A DNA stretch of 64,000 nucleotides from Alphaproteobacteria bacterium (GTDB lineage Bacteria; Pseudomonadota; Alphaproteobacteria; MPNO01; UBA830): the NCBI GenBank assembly GCA_965243135.1, contig OZ251539.1, positions 3,744,001 to 3,808,000 of the forward strand. The letters are read 5' to 3'. A program made the translations under genes and the position numbers. Below the pieces are notes generated by a model. That model saw only the letters and a list, made by a program, of their open reading frames with translations, searched no databases and had not been told where the DNA came from. Of the stretch, positions 11,492 through 22,114 are shown in pieces (positions within the stretch are counted from its first letter, which is position 1; the number at the start of each line of letters is the position of its first letter).

Positions 11492-12067
11492 TCAGTCGTT
11501 CAGGCTGGCGGTCATCCGCGCGATCCAGTCTTCGGGAGCACCGGTCGATACGAGTTCTTCCCGCGCCTGCGCCCGCGTCTGGAGAACGGATCCGATGACC
11601 TGCGGGCTGTCGCCCTCCGCATGCTGGCAGCAGGCTTCGAGCCTGATTCCGTTGGGGTCTAGGAAGTAGATCGAAACCAGTCCGGGCAGGATGTCGACCG
11701 GGCCGTCGTACTGGCGGCCAGCGGCGTCGAGACGCCGTCGCAACGCCTCCATCTGGCCGGGGGTCACGGCGAAGGCGCAGTGCTGCATGCCGCCGATGGC
11801 GTCCCGGTCGGATCGGGGCTTTTCGCCCTTCGGGATTTCGAAGAACGCCAGCAAGCTGTCGTTTCCCATGTCGAAAAAATAGTGCCTGATCTCTTCGTAG
11901 GGAGGATTGCCCCGGTTGCCCGGTCCGGCGCCGATTCCCGGCGGCACCTTCATCGCATGGACCAGCGGCATGCCGACGACGTCGACGTAGAACTCCGTCG
12001 TCGTCCGCATGTCTTCGGTCGTCAGCGCCAGATGGTGCACGCCTCGCGCGGGCAGCGTCGTCGCCAT
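11492..12067 (-). CDS. VOC/glyoxalase-family protein
   Basis: GVHHLAL, HCAF, SIYFLDPNGIRLE. Confidence 0.85.
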   Translation of the reverse strand: MATTLPARGVHHLALTTEDMRTTTEFYVDVVGMPLVHAMKVPPGIGAGPGNRGNPPYEEIRHYFFDMGNDSLLAFFEIPKGEKPRSDRDAIGGMQHCAFAVTPGQMEALRRRLDAAGRQYDGPVDILPGLVSIYFLDPNGIRLEACCQHAEGDSPQVIGSVLQTRAQAREELVSTGAPEDWIARMTASLND

Positions 12068-12266
12068 GGTCGCGCCTCCCTTCGGGTTCGCCGGTTCGAG
12101 TGTACCAGTCCGCGGCGACGCCGCAAGACGGCTGCGCTATTCCGTTTTGTCGGCGGCCGGTCGCGCGGCGCCTGGACAGGCCGAACGCGAGAGTTGCCGA
12201 CGGCGACCATTCGCGGAGGCGGTTCCGCTGTCCGAACGGGAACTTGTCCGCCTGCTGCTCCCGGCT

Positions 12267-13808
12267 TCAAGCGGTCTCGAACTCGAAGCCGACGATGTTG
12301 CGCTCTTCCCGGCCGAACTCCATGCCGATCAACCGGATCGGCACCCCCAGGTGCCGGTACTTGTCCGCGTAGCCGCGCTCCCGCATCTGCGCCAACGCCC
12401 GGCCTTCCTGTCCCCGGTCCACGACCTTGAACTCGTACAGATGCACGCATCCCGGACCCAGCACAGCCATGTCCAGTCGCCCGCGGGCGGTCGCTTCCTC
12501 GACCCGAACGTCCAGACCCGCCGCCGCGAAGTGCGAGTAGACGAGGGCCGCCCAATAGCCCTCGTAGAGGTCGTTCTTCCGGTGCCAGTCGTGAGGAACG
12601 CTCGCGAAGAACGCCTCGAACAGCGCCCTCACCTTTTCCGGATCGTCCTCCGCCGTCAGCCTGGCCAGTTCCGCCTGCCGCGTCGCCTCCTGCCCCGTCG
12701 CCGGCGCCATGGCGCGCAGCAGCCTCTTGTTCAGGCTGAGTTTCACCTCGTAGTTCGGGTAACCCAGCCGATAGAGGCTGCCGCCGTCTGCGGCCTCCTC
12801 GCCGACGATGGTCAGGTAGCCGGTCTGGAACAAAAGCGCTTCGGTCGAGATGTCGTCGACGTCGAAGGTCGACAGCAGTTCGTCGTCCGCGACAAGCCCC
12901 TCAAGGGCCGGAGGCGCAACCCGGCGCCGCGACAGAAGATCGACGAGAAAGCGCGGCGTCCCGGTCTCGAACCAGTGCGCCTTGAATTCGCGCGTTTCGA
13001 AAAGAAGCAGGATGTCGAATGGATTGTAGACCTTGTCCGCGCCGCGCCAGTTGTAGCCGTTGTACCAACGGCGGACCTTCTCCCGATCCAGGCCCTCGAG
13101 TTCCGGGGCGAAGACCGCGTCCAGGTCCGCGTCCGTGTAACCGCAAAGAGCGCCGAAACGCGGGTCGAGGGTGATGTCGCGCAGGTTGTTCAGGCCCGAG
13201 AAAATGCCCGCCTGCGAAAACTTGCTCACCCCCGTCAGGAAAACGAAACGGAGATGCTCGTCGCAGTCCTTGATCATCGCGTAGAAGCCGCGCAGGAAGT
13301 CCCGGTTGGCCATCGCCAGCTCCCGGTCTCCGAGCGCGTCCAGGATCGGCTTGTCGTATTCGTCCACCAGAACGACAGCCCGCCGCCCGGCGCGCTCGTG
13401 CAGCGTCCTTATCAGCCGCCGGAAACGGATCGACGCCTCGACAGGGTCCAGTTCGAGGCCGGCCAGCCGTTCCGTCTCCCCCAACTGGTCTTCCACATTT
13501 TTCCGAACGAAGTCCGGGGCGCCGAAATCGCCGCCGCCGAAGCTGATCCGCACGACCGGGTGGCGCGCCGACCAGTCCCACTTGCCGTGCACGGCGAGGC
13601 CCCGGAACAACTCCTCGCTTCCCTCGAACAGCTTTTGCAGCGTGTCCACCAGAAGGGTCTTGCCGAACCGGCGCGGACGCGACAGGAAATAGTGCTTGCC
13701 CCTCTCGACGAGGCGGCGCACATGGTCCGTCTTGTCGACGTAGTAGCAGTCCAGCTCCCGGATCTCCCGGAGGGAAGTCATGCCGGTCGGAAGCATGCGT
13801 CTCGTCAT
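12267..13808 (-). CDS. AAA-ATPase-like protein with C-terminal PD-(D/E)XK domain
   Basis: YYVDKT, RPRRFGKT, LVDEYDKP, YNPFD, GRLDM..YEFK; start taken at MTRRMLPTG. Confidence 0.85.
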   Translation of the reverse strand: MTRRMLPTGMTSLREIRELDCYYVDKTDHVRRLVERGKHYFLSRPRRFGKTLLVDTLQKLFEGSEELFRGLAVHGKWDWSARHPVVRISFGGGDFGAPDFVRKNVEDQLGETERLAGLELDPVEASIRFRRLIRTLHERAGRRAVVLVDEYDKPILDALGDRELAMANRDFLRGFYAMIKDCDEHLRFVFLTGVSKFSQAGIFSGLNNLRDITLDPRFGALCGYTDADLDAVFAPELEGLDREKVRRWYNGYNWRGADKVYNPFDILLLFETREFKAHWFETGTPRFLVDLLSRRRVAPPALEGLVADDELLSTFDVDDISTEALLFQTGYLTIVGEEAADGGSLYRLGYPNYEVKLSLNKRLLRAMAPATGQEATRQAELARLTAEDDPEKVRALFEAFFASVPHDWHRKNDLYEGYWAALVYSHFAAAGLDVRVEEATARGRLDMAVLGPGCVHLYEFKVVDRGQEGRALAQMRERGYADKYRHLGVPIRLIGMEFGREERNIVGFEFETA

Positions 13809-14100
13809 CCGAAGAGGGTAGGCCGCCATGCCGGATTCGTCAAGGAAGAAGCGGTTCGAGGCCGTCGCGCCATTGTTCGTCGGCTGCCGTCGGTCCGGGA
13901 TGGATTTTTCGACAACGGCTGCCTCGTCGCGGCGAATTCGCAGCTTTCCGCAGCCGAGTCGGGGCATGAAAATATCGTCCTCTGAAAAGCTGTTCGCATT
14001 TCAAGAGGTTACGAGCGGCGCGCGGGGATCGGATTGGCGGATGACGCAGCAAGCGACTTGGGGTTTAATCGGAGCGCGACCAAGCAAAAGAGGAATCGGC

Positions 14101-14724
14101 ATGATTTACGAAGTCAGAACCTACCGCCTGCAGCCGCGCGGCGTCCCGGAATTCATCGACACGTTCGGCAAGGCCTACGAGAAGCGCAAGAACCTGTCGA
14201 GGCTGGCGGCGTTCTTCCATACCGAAATCGGCACGCTCAACGAGGTCATCCATATCTGGCCGTACAAGGACGCCGGCGAGCGCGAGAGAAAACGCGCTCG
14301 CTCGGTAGAGGATCGCAAATACGCATGGCCGCCCAAGGTCGGTCATCTTCAGCAACACATGCAATCCGAGGTCTTCGTGCCCGCGCCCTTCACCCCGTCC
14401 TTTCCGCGCGGCGAAAAGGGCCCGATCTTCGAATGGCGCGAATACATGGTGATCCCCGGCATGATTCCCGAAGTCTACAAGAGCTGGGAGAAAGCGTTGC
14501 CCAAGCGGCTCGAGATGTCGGAACTGGTCATGGCGATGCACACCGACGCGGGCGCTTTGAACAAGTTCGTTCACATCTGGGCGTACGAGAGTCTGGATCA
14601 TCGCGCCGAGGTGCGCGGCGCGGCGGTCGCCGAAGGCATCTGGCCGCCCAAGAGCCGCGTCGAGACGCTGCAGACGCAGGCCAACAAGATCGTTCTCGCC
14701 GCGCCGTTCTCGCCGTTGAAATGA
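14101..14724 (+). CDS. NIPSNAP-family protein (two domains)
   Basis: IYEVRTY, HIWPY, IFEWREY, HIWAY, APFSPLK; RBS-like AGAGGA upstream. Confidence 0.88.
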   Translation: MIYEVRTYRLQPRGVPEFIDTFGKAYEKRKNLSRLAAFFHTEIGTLNEVIHIWPYKDAGERERKRARSVEDRKYAWPPKVGHLQQHMQSEVFVPAPFTPSFPRGEKGPIFEWREYMVIPGMIPEVYKSWEKALPKRLEMSELVMAMHTDAGALNKFVHIWAYESLDHRAEVRGAAVAEGIWPPKSRVETLQTQANKIVLAAPFSPLK

Positions 14725-14748
14725 CGCCGGCGGCGTCCGGGCGCCGGA

Positions 14749-15813
14749 TCAGGAGGAGGCGGCGCGCTCCGGAACCATTATCGAGCCGCGCATGATCATG
14801 CGCGCGGTGCGAACGACGCCGGCGGCCGCGATTTCCGATCCGTCGAGGGACAAGGTCAGGTGAAGCTGGCCCGCGGGATGTTCGATCGAGAACTTGCGTC
14901 CCGCCGGCCGCGCCAGCGGATGCGCCACCGTGCCCCCGGAAAGGCAGGCGTACGCAAGCGCGATTCCTCCGGTTATCGCGTGGGTTTCGTGCGTTCTGTC
15001 CGGCACGAAATACCGCGACGCCACGGCGCCGCCCTCGCGCGGCGGCGCGGCGGCGATGATTTTGGGCGCCACCTTGCCGGCCACGTCGCCGAGGCCCATC
15101 CGCCTTCCCGCCTCCCGGCGCATCGGCTCCACGCGATCGAAGAAGGCGGCGTCGGCGTCGTACTCGGCCGCCGTTTCGTAGCCGGTCTTGCCGAGATCGG
15201 ACGCGCGCGCGATCATGACCGGCATCGCGGCGTCCACGAGCGTGACCTCGATCCCGTCGATCCGTTCCGTGCGGGCCCCGCTCGGAAACAGCGCGCCGGT
15301 GCGCGATCCGACGACCTGCATGAAATTCAGCAAGACAGGCGCGCCGGTTCCGGGCACTCCGTCGATGGCGGCGTCTCCTTCGTATTCCACCCTCTTGCCT
15401 GGGGTGCGGACGATCGCCTCGACCAGCCCGCCGGTATTGACCTGGTGGATGCGCACCCGCGTCTCTCCGTCCTGCGCGGGGACCATGCCGGATTCGATCG
15501 CGTAAGGCCCGACTCCGGCCAGCATGTTGCCGCAGGTCGGACCGTAATCCACCTGCGGACGGTCGACCGCCACCTGCGCGAAGAAGTAATCCACGTCGCA
15601 GTCTTCGCGTTCCGAAGGCGAGACGATCGCCGTCTTGCTCGTTACCGACGTCGTGCCGCCGACGCCGTCGATCTGGCGCGGATCGGGAGAGCCGAAAGCC
15701 GCCAGCAGAATGCCGTCCCACGAGGCGCGATCCTCCGGCAGGTCCGCCCGGCTGAAAAAGAGGCCGCGGGAGGTGCCGCCCCGCATGAAGGCGGCCGGAA
15801 TTGAAGACAGCAT
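14749..15813 (-). CDS. PrpF-family isomerase (4-oxalomesaconate tautomerase-like)
   Basis: MRGGTSRG, QIDGVGG..SVTSK, CGNML, EHPAG, RTARMIMRG. Confidence 0.88.
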   Translation of the reverse strand: MLSSIPAAFMRGGTSRGLFFSRADLPEDRASWDGILLAAFGSPDPRQIDGVGGTTSVTSKTAIVSPSEREDCDVDYFFAQVAVDRPQVDYGPTCGNMLAGVGPYAIESGMVPAQDGETRVRIHQVNTGGLVEAIVRTPGKRVEYEGDAAIDGVPGTGAPVLLNFMQVVGSRTGALFPSGARTERIDGIEVTLVDAAMPVMIARASDLGKTGYETAAEYDADAAFFDRVEPMRREAGRRMGLGDVAGKVAPKIIAAAPPREGGAVASRYFVPDRTHETHAITGGIALAYACLSGGTVAHPLARPAGRKFSIEHPAGQLHLTLSLDGSEIAAAGVVRTARMIMRGSIMVPERAASS

Positions 15814-15932
15814 GATTATTTCGTCCCCGAGCGCGTTCCGGCATCGATAGCACGAATTGCGTCCGGGGCAACTGTCGCCAATCGTCCCGCGACCTGATAG
15901 ACATAAAGAGCGCAACGGAACGGGGCAGGCGA

Positions 15933-17423
15933 ATGAGCGCGGAAAGCTGGGACGTGATCGTGGTAGGCGGAGGCAACGCCGCGTTCTGCGCGGCGTTGGC
16001 GGCGCGGGAGCGGGGCGCGTCGGTCGTCATGCTCGAGGCCGCGCCGGAAGACGAGGCCGGCGGCAACAGCCGTTTCACGGCCGGCGCGATGCGCGTCGTC
16101 TACGACGGCGTCGAAGACATTCTCAAGCTGGTTCCCGACCTCTCGGACGCCGAAATCGAGACCACGGATTTCGGCACGTACACGCGCGATCAGTTTTTCG
16201 ACGACATGGCGCGCGTGACCCGCTACCGCGCCGACCCCGATCTCGTCGAGACGCTGGTCGCGAAGAGCCTCGACACCCTGATCTGGATGCGCGGCAAGGG
16301 CATTCGCTTCGTGCCGATCTACGGTCGCCAGGCGTTCAGGATAGACGGCAAGTTCAAGTTCTGGGGCGGCCTGACCATCGAGACCGTGGGCGGCGGTCCC
16401 GGACTCGTCGACATGTGGACCGGCATCGCACGGCGCGAGAATGTCGAGATACGCTACGAGCATCGGGCGGTCGAACTGATCCGCGACGACGGAGGCGTGG
16501 CCGGCGTAAGGGTTCGCCGCAACGACGAGACCCGCGACCTCATGGGCAAAGCGGTCGTTCTCGCCTGCGGCGGGTTCGAAGCCAACACGGCGTGGCGCAC
16601 CCGGTATCTGGGGCCCGGCTGGGATCTCGCGAAGGTGCGCGGAACCCGCTTCAATACCGGCGACGGCATCAGGATGGCGCTCGACATCGGCGCGAGCCCT
16701 TGCGGCAACTGGTCGGGCTGCCACGCGGTCGGCTGGGAAATGAACGCTCCGGAGTTCGGAGACCTTGCCGTCGGCGACCAGTTCCAGAAGCATTCATACC
16801 CGTTCGCGATCATGGTCAACGCCGCCGGGAAGCGTTTCGTCGACGAGGGCGCGGATTTCCGGAACTACACCTACGCCAGGTACGGACGGGTGATTCTCGA
16901 GCAGCCCGGTCAGTTCGCGTGGCAGATATTCGACCGCAAGGTCAAGCATCTGCAGCGGGACGAGTACAACATCCGTCAGATCACCAAGGTGACGGCGAAC
17001 ACGATCGAGGAACTTGCCGGGAAGCTGGAAGGCGTCGATGCGGAGGCTTTCGTGCGGGAGGTCGCCGAGTACAACGCTGCCGTCCGGGCGGACGTTCCGT
17101 TCAATCCGAACGTCAAGGACGGCCGCCGCACCGACGGCCTGGCGATCGACAAGACGAACTGGGCCAACGCGATCGACGAGCCTCCTTTCGAGGGGTACGC
17201 CGTCACGTGCGGCCTGACGTTCACGTTCGGCGGCCTCAGGATCGACGGAGAGGGCGAGGTGCTCGACACCGATTTCAAGCCGATTCGCGGGCTTTTCGCG
17301 GCCGGCGAACTGGTGGGCGGCCTGTTCTACTTCAACTATCCCGGCGGCACCGGACTCACGTCGGGTTCGGTCTTCGGACGGCAGGCCGGCGAATCCGCCG
17401 GTCGGCGGGCGGGCGGGGGCTGA
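15933..17423 (+). CDS. tcuA: FAD-dependent tricarballylate dehydrogenase TcuA family
   Basis: VVGGGNA, GGNSRFT, LACGGFEAN, RFVDEG, TFTFGG, NYPGGTGL. Confidence 0.82.
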   Translation: MSAESWDVIVVGGGNAAFCAALAARERGASVVMLEAAPEDEAGGNSRFTAGAMRVVYDGVEDILKLVPDLSDAEIETTDFGTYTRDQFFDDMARVTRYRADPDLVETLVAKSLDTLIWMRGKGIRFVPIYGRQAFRIDGKFKFWGGLTIETVGGGPGLVDMWTGIARRENVEIRYEHRAVELIRDDGGVAGVRVRRNDETRDLMGKAVVLACGGFEANTAWRTRYLGPGWDLAKVRGTRFNTGDGIRMALDIGASPCGNWSGCHAVGWEMNAPEFGDLAVGDQFQKHSYPFAIMVNAAGKRFVDEGADFRNYTYARYGRVILEQPGQFAWQIFDRKVKHLQRDEYNIRQITKVTANTIEELAGKLEGVDAEAFVREVAEYNAAVRADVPFNPNVKDGRRTDGLAIDKTNWANAIDEPPFEGYAVTCGLTFTFGGLRIDGEGEVLDTDFKPIRGLFAAGELVGGLFYFNYPGGTGLTSGSVFGRQAGESAGRRAGGG

Positions 17424-17446
17424 GGCGCACGGTCGGCAGGGGCATC

Positions 17447-17938
17447 ATGAAGCGTCTGTACCTGCTTCGGCATGCGAAGTCCTCATGGGACCAGCCGGAA
17501 CTGGACGATTTCGACCGGCCGCTCGCGCCCAGAGGCCTTCGCGCCGCGCCGCGAATGGGAGAATACATGCGGACCCGGCAGTACCGGCCGGCGATCGCCT
17601 TGTGCTCGCCCGCCCTGCGCGCGCGGCAGACGTGGAACTGCGTGCGCGACGCGCTGGATTGCCGGGTGACCGAGCGCATGCGTCCAGAGTTGTACGATGC
17701 CGAGCCGAATGCGCTGCTGGAAGCCGTCCGTTCGATCGACGGCGGCTACGACAGCGCCATCGTCGTCGCGCACAATCCGGGCATCCAGGGACTTGCGGCC
17801 GGTCTTGCAGGCGAGTGCACGGCTATCGATGCGTATCCTACGGCCGCCCTCGCCGTGTTCGATATCGGAAGCTGGGCGGATATTCTGCCGGGAGAAGGCG
17901 TTTTGCTGGAGTTCATCCGGCCGCGCGATCTTCAATAA
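17447..17938 (+). CDS. sixA: SixA-like histidine phosphatase
   Basis: LYLLRHAKSSW, DFDRPL, CSPALRARQT, VAHNPG. Confidence 0.85.
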   Translation: MKRLYLLRHAKSSWDQPELDDFDRPLAPRGLRAAPRMGEYMRTRQYRPAIALCSPALRARQTWNCVRDALDCRVTERMRPELYDAEPNALLEAVRSIDGGYDSAIVVAHNPGIQGLAAGLAGECTAIDAYPTAALAVFDIGSWADILPGEGVLLEFIRPRDLQ

Positions 17939-18281
17939 CGCCCGCCGCCCCGCTTCTCGCGTCCGAAGATCTCGCTCCCGGGAATGCCGTGCATCGACAG
18001 GCGCAAACGGCGCCGCAAGGCGTTTTGACGGACTTTCGGAAGCGGACATGGTCGCGTTACGAGCATCATTGAAGCGGCGGCGAGGGAAACCGGGGGGCTT
18101 CGGAGCGACGGTGCCGCCGCCGCAGTTTGCGCGCTTCGTAGCGATGGCCGGAGATCGGCCGTTGCGTTTAAGCCGCGGCCCACTTCTCGTTTTCAGTCAG
18201 CGCGCGGGATTGTCCTGAAATCGAGTCGATAACGTCGTTTCAGGCGACGTACAGGTGCGCTTGTCCTGCGCTGCGCAAGTT

Positions 18282-19886
18282 TTACAGCGTCCAGACCGTC
18301 ACCCCGCGCCCGTCCTGCCGGCCCCCGCCCGCCTCGCCGCTCCGGCGCTCCTCCGCGGCGGCCCGGCGGTCGATCACCACCAAATGCCCTTCGTCCGCCC
18401 CGCACTTCGCCATGTAGCCCAGCGTCTGCTCAACCCCCCGCTCGACGGTCCGCTCCGGGCTCTTGCGGTCCGAATCCCGCAGCACCTTGCACTCGACCAC
18501 GAAACGCTCCCACAGGTCCGACGGCTGACCCGCCTCCCGCGGCCACAGCACCAGCAGGTCCGTCCGCCCCCGCCCGAGGCCGTACTCCCGCTCGATCCGC
18601 CCGCCGCCGTTCACCACCCGCTGCAGATACGCCTGCAGAATGAGCTGCGGCCCGGCCTCCGGGTACTCGCGGAAGCGCTCCAGCCAGTGCTCCGCGTGCT
18701 CGCCGAAGAACGCACGGAACGCCGTCAGCAGCTTCGTCATGTCCAGCCGGCCGGCCCCGCCCACGTACCACGCCAACTGCATGTCCAGGCTGCTTTGCAA
18801 GATGTAGCCAAGCTCGCGCGGCACCATCTCCGCATAGATCGGGTTCGCCATGCGCGGCGGCGAGTCCGGCGCGATCAAGCCCAGGTCGCGCGCGTACTCC
18901 AGGTCGCGGGCATGGTGCCGCGCCTCCCCGCCGCTCAGGATGGGCTCGACGACCCGCCGCACACGCTCCTCCTCCTCCAGCTTGTGCGACAGCTGGTCCA
19001 GATGCGTGCGCCGCGACAGGATCAGCTCCTCCCGCGCCGCGTAGACGTCGTCCAGTTCGATCGTCCGCGAGCGGTCCCGTCCGGCCTTGTCGTCGAAGCA
19101 CGCCCCCGCGCACAGCGCGTTCACCAGCCACGGCTGCCCCTGCGTCTGCGTCCACACCGCCTCCTGCGCCGCCTCCGAAAAGCGCTGGCCGGTCTCCTCC
19201 GTGTGCTGCGCCATCAGCGCGCGCGTCTCCGCCTCGGTGAAGTCGCCCAGGCGAACCGACTTCGCCGCGACGTTGAACGGGCTGCCGCCGGCGACGACCT
19301 CGCCGGCGCTCGACCGGATCCGGTAGTCGCGGATGTCGCGCAACCCGCACAGCACGACGCTCTGCGGAAAGCCCTCGGGACGATGTTCGTAGCCGGCGCG
19401 GAGCTGGCGCAGCACCGAGAGCAGGGTGTCGCCGACCAGCGAGTCGATCTCGTCCACCAGCAGCACCAGCGGCGTCGGGTTCGCCGCGCACCAGCGGGAG
19501 AGCAGCCCCTTCAGCGCGTTGTCCGGCCCCGCCTTCGCCAGAACGTCCGGCCAGACGCCGTCCGGGTAGTCGTCGCCCAGAAGCAGCGCGCTCTCCGCCA
19601 GGTTGCTCAGAACGGCGCGGATGCCGCGCGCGGTGTCGTCGCGAGCCACCTGCCCGACCTCGACGTTCACGTTCACGCAGCGGAAGTCGCCGGCCTCGCC
19701 GCTGTTGAGCAGGTCCCGCAGGGCGATCAGGGCGGAGGTCTTGCCCGTCTGGCGCGGCGCATGCAACGCGAAGTAGCGCTTGTTCCGGATCAGATCCAGC
19801 AGTTCCGCCAGGTCCATCCGCTCCAGCGGATGGATGGCGTAGTGGTCGTCCAGGCGCACCGGCCCCTCTGTATTGAAACGGCGCAT
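18282..19886 (-). CDS. P-loop (AAA-like) ATPase with C-terminal PD-(D/E)XK-like domain
   Basis: RFNTEGP, HAPRQTGKTS, LLVDEID, SPFNV, GQPWLVNAL, GRTDL..VVECK. Confidence 0.82.
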   Translation of the reverse strand: MRRFNTEGPVRLDDHYAIHPLERMDLAELLDLIRNKRYFALHAPRQTGKTSALIALRDLLNSGEAGDFRCVNVNVEVGQVARDDTARGIRAVLSNLAESALLLGDDYPDGVWPDVLAKAGPDNALKGLLSRWCAANPTPLVLLVDEIDSLVGDTLLSVLRQLRAGYEHRPEGFPQSVVLCGLRDIRDYRIRSSAGEVVAGGSPFNVAAKSVRLGDFTEAETRALMAQHTEETGQRFSEAAQEAVWTQTQGQPWLVNALCAGACFDDKAGRDRSRTIELDDVYAAREELILSRRTHLDQLSHKLEEEERVRRVVEPILSGGEARHHARDLEYARDLGLIAPDSPPRMANPIYAEMVPRELGYILQSSLDMQLAWYVGGAGRLDMTKLLTAFRAFFGEHAEHWLERFREYPEAGPQLILQAYLQRVVNGGGRIEREYGLGRGRTDLLVLWPREAGQPSDLWERFVVECKVLRDSDRKSPERTVERGVEQTLGYMAKCGADEGHLVVIDRRAAAEERRSGEAGGGRQDGRGVTVWTL

Positions 19887-20246
19887 GGATCAATTATAGC
19901 GTTCGCCGCGTCCTGTCGCACCTGTCAAGGCTCGCCGCGCCAACGCGCCCGGAGAGGCGACCGACCGCGCTGAACCGGACGAACGCGCGAAAGAGCGCCG
20001 GCCGACGGCCGGCCGCCAAGCCCTCCGCCTCCCGGATCTCCTTCCAGAGGCAGCCCATTGAGCCTCAAAGGCGCAACTCACTTTCCTGTTTCCGGAACGG
20101 GCCGTCACGGAAGCAGCCCGAGCGGCCTCGCTTCTCGCGCTCCGTTTTGCGCGTCGTTTACGGCAATCCGGCGAGTTTTCGGGTCGCTGCACGGACTCCG
20201 GTTCGCTGCCGCTTGAGCTACGCGCCGAACGGGCGGGGCAACAAAA

Positions 20247-20258
20247 TTATCGCGATAA
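20247..20258. promoter_or_regulatory. Perfect 12-bp palindrome upstream of AbiE antitoxin (possible autorepressor site)
   Basis: TTATCGCGATAA in an AT-rich patch about 27 bp before the ATG; AbiEi proteins autoregulate via inverted repeats. Confidence 0.35.
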
Positions 20259-20284
20259 AAAGCAAAAAATGATAAGTTACCACG

Positions 20285-20920
20285 ATGAAATTCGAGGATT
20301 TAGTGGCCATCGTCGGCGACGAGCCGGTATTCGAGACCGGGTTGCTTTTGGCCGGCCGAAGCGACGCCGCACGCGTTCGGACCCAGCTGTCGCGCTGGAC
20401 GCGCACCGGCCGCGTTCTGCAACTGCGGCGCGGGCTATACACGCTGGCGCCGCCCTGGCGCAAGCGCGTCCCGCATCCTTTCCTCGTGGCTAACCGGCTT
20501 GTGCCCGGGTCGTACGTCAGCGGAGTTTCCGTTCTGGCCTTTGCCCTCGCGATTCCCGAGTACGTCGCGGAAGTCACCAGCGTCACCGGGAGGCGTCCGC
20601 ACCTTCGCTGGTTGCCCTCCGGGCGGTTCTCGTTCCGCTACCTCAAGCCGGTTTATCGATTTGGCTACCGCCAAGTGGACCTTGGGCACGGTCAGCAGGC
20701 ATTTGTGGCCGTCCCCGAGAAAGCGCTTCTCGACCTCGTTCATCTGCAACCCGGCGGCGACGACGAAGCCTGGCTTCTGGAACTGCGCCTGAACTTCGGG
20801 GCGCTCGACATGGATACCGTGGCCGCATTCGCAGCACGGTGGGGGACGCCGAAGATGGCGCGAACCGCCCGCTACCTCCGGGATCTGGCCGACCGCGATC
20901 CGGGGTACGAAACGCTATGA
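20285..20920 (+). CDS. Type IV TA antitoxin, AbiEi-like
   Basis: QLSRW..G...LRRGLY, SYVS, IPE, PEKALLD; coupled to nucleotidyltransferase. Confidence 0.82.
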   Translation: MKFEDLVAIVGDEPVFETGLLLAGRSDAARVRTQLSRWTRTGRVLQLRRGLYTLAPPWRKRVPHPFLVANRLVPGSYVSGVSVLAFALAIPEYVAEVTSVTGRRPHLRWLPSGRFSFRYLKPVYRFGYRQVDLGHGQQAFVAVPEKALLDLVHLQPGGDDEAWLLELRLNFGALDMDTVAAFAARWGTPKMARTARYLRDLADRDPGYETL

Positions 20921-21783
20921 AAGATCACCTTCAAGCGCTGGTTCGGAAATGCGACCCCTTGCAGGGGCGGAACGTCGCTCGCGAGTATTTGCAGGCACGC
21001 ATTCTGGAAGCGATGCAGCGCGCGGGCGCGATGACGTCGCTGGCGTTTCAGGGCGGAACCTGCTTGCGATTTCTCTTCGCTTTGCCCCGCTACTCGGAAG
21101 ACCTCGATTTCGCCTTGGAGGGCGAACCGTCGAAATACGAGTTGCGGCGATACCTGCAAGCCATCCGCGGAGCGCTTTCGGCCGAAGCGTACCGGGTCGA
21201 TCTGCGCGTCCGAGACCGTCATATCGTCCACCGCGCCCTGGTGGGTTTCCCGGGCCTGCTGCATGAGCTGGGCCTGTCGCCGCGCGCCTCGGAATCGCTC
21301 GCGATCGGGATCGAAGTCGACACCAACCCTCCGGCGGGCGCGGAGACGGCTATCGCTCTGGTGCGCCGCCATACGACGTTGAGGCTGCACCACCACGGCC
21401 AATCTTCCCTTCTGGCGGGCAAGTTGCACGCCGTTCTGCAAAGGCCCTACACCAAAGGACGGGATCTCTACGACCTCATCTGGTATCTCAGCGACCGCGA
21501 ATGGCCACCGCCCAACTTATCGCTGTTGAAAGCCGCGCTCACGCAAAGCGGTTGGGACGGCGAGGAACCGACCCCGGATTCCTGGCGTCGGACGGTCGGC
21601 CTGCGCCTGGAGGCGCTGGACTGGTCGCGCGCCGCGGCAGACGTGGCTCCCTTTCTGGAACGCCGGGAAGACATGGAACTGGTTACGAAGGAAAACGCGC
21701 TTGGCTTGCTCGCGCGGAAACAAACCGGCAATGCCCGCCCCGCCTCATCGCCAGTGGAGCGCTCAGGCAAACGGAAGGTTTGA
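20917..21783 (+). CDS. AbiEii-family nucleotidyltransferase toxin
   Basis: FQGGTCLR, RYSEDLDF, KLHA, KGRDLYDL. Confidence 0.88.
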   Translation: MKDHLQALVRKCDPLQGRNVAREYLQARILEAMQRAGAMTSLAFQGGTCLRFLFALPRYSEDLDFALEGEPSKYELRRYLQAIRGALSAEAYRVDLRVRDRHIVHRALVGFPGLLHELGLSPRASESLAIGIEVDTNPPAGAETAIALVRRHTTLRLHHHGQSSLLAGKLHAVLQRPYTKGRDLYDLIWYLSDREWPPPNLSLLKAALTQSGWDGEEPTPDSWRRTVGLRLEALDWSRAAADVAPFLERREDMELVTKENALGLLARKQTGNARPASSPVERSGKRKV

Positions 21784-22114
21784 GATCGCTTGGCGCGGGC
21801 CGACAGGCTTGGTGGGCGAGTGCGACGATGCGTGAGATCCTGTCGAGATTTCACGGGACGCCGGAGGCGAGCCTCCGGACGACAGAGGGAGCGGTTGCAG
21901 TCCGTCCGACCCGAAGAGCCGGAGCATAGAGAAAGAGCCACGAAGCGGCTCGACATGCCGCTCCCAGCGGCCCACCCGGCATCTCACATGCCCTGAACGG
22001 GGACAGACAACCCACCACATCTCGACGAGTACAGAGCCTCGGTTAGCGGCGGCATCCGCTCCGACGCGGATTCGCCCGACCGGGCGTCGAACGCTTCGCA
22101 CCCGAAAACCCCGA

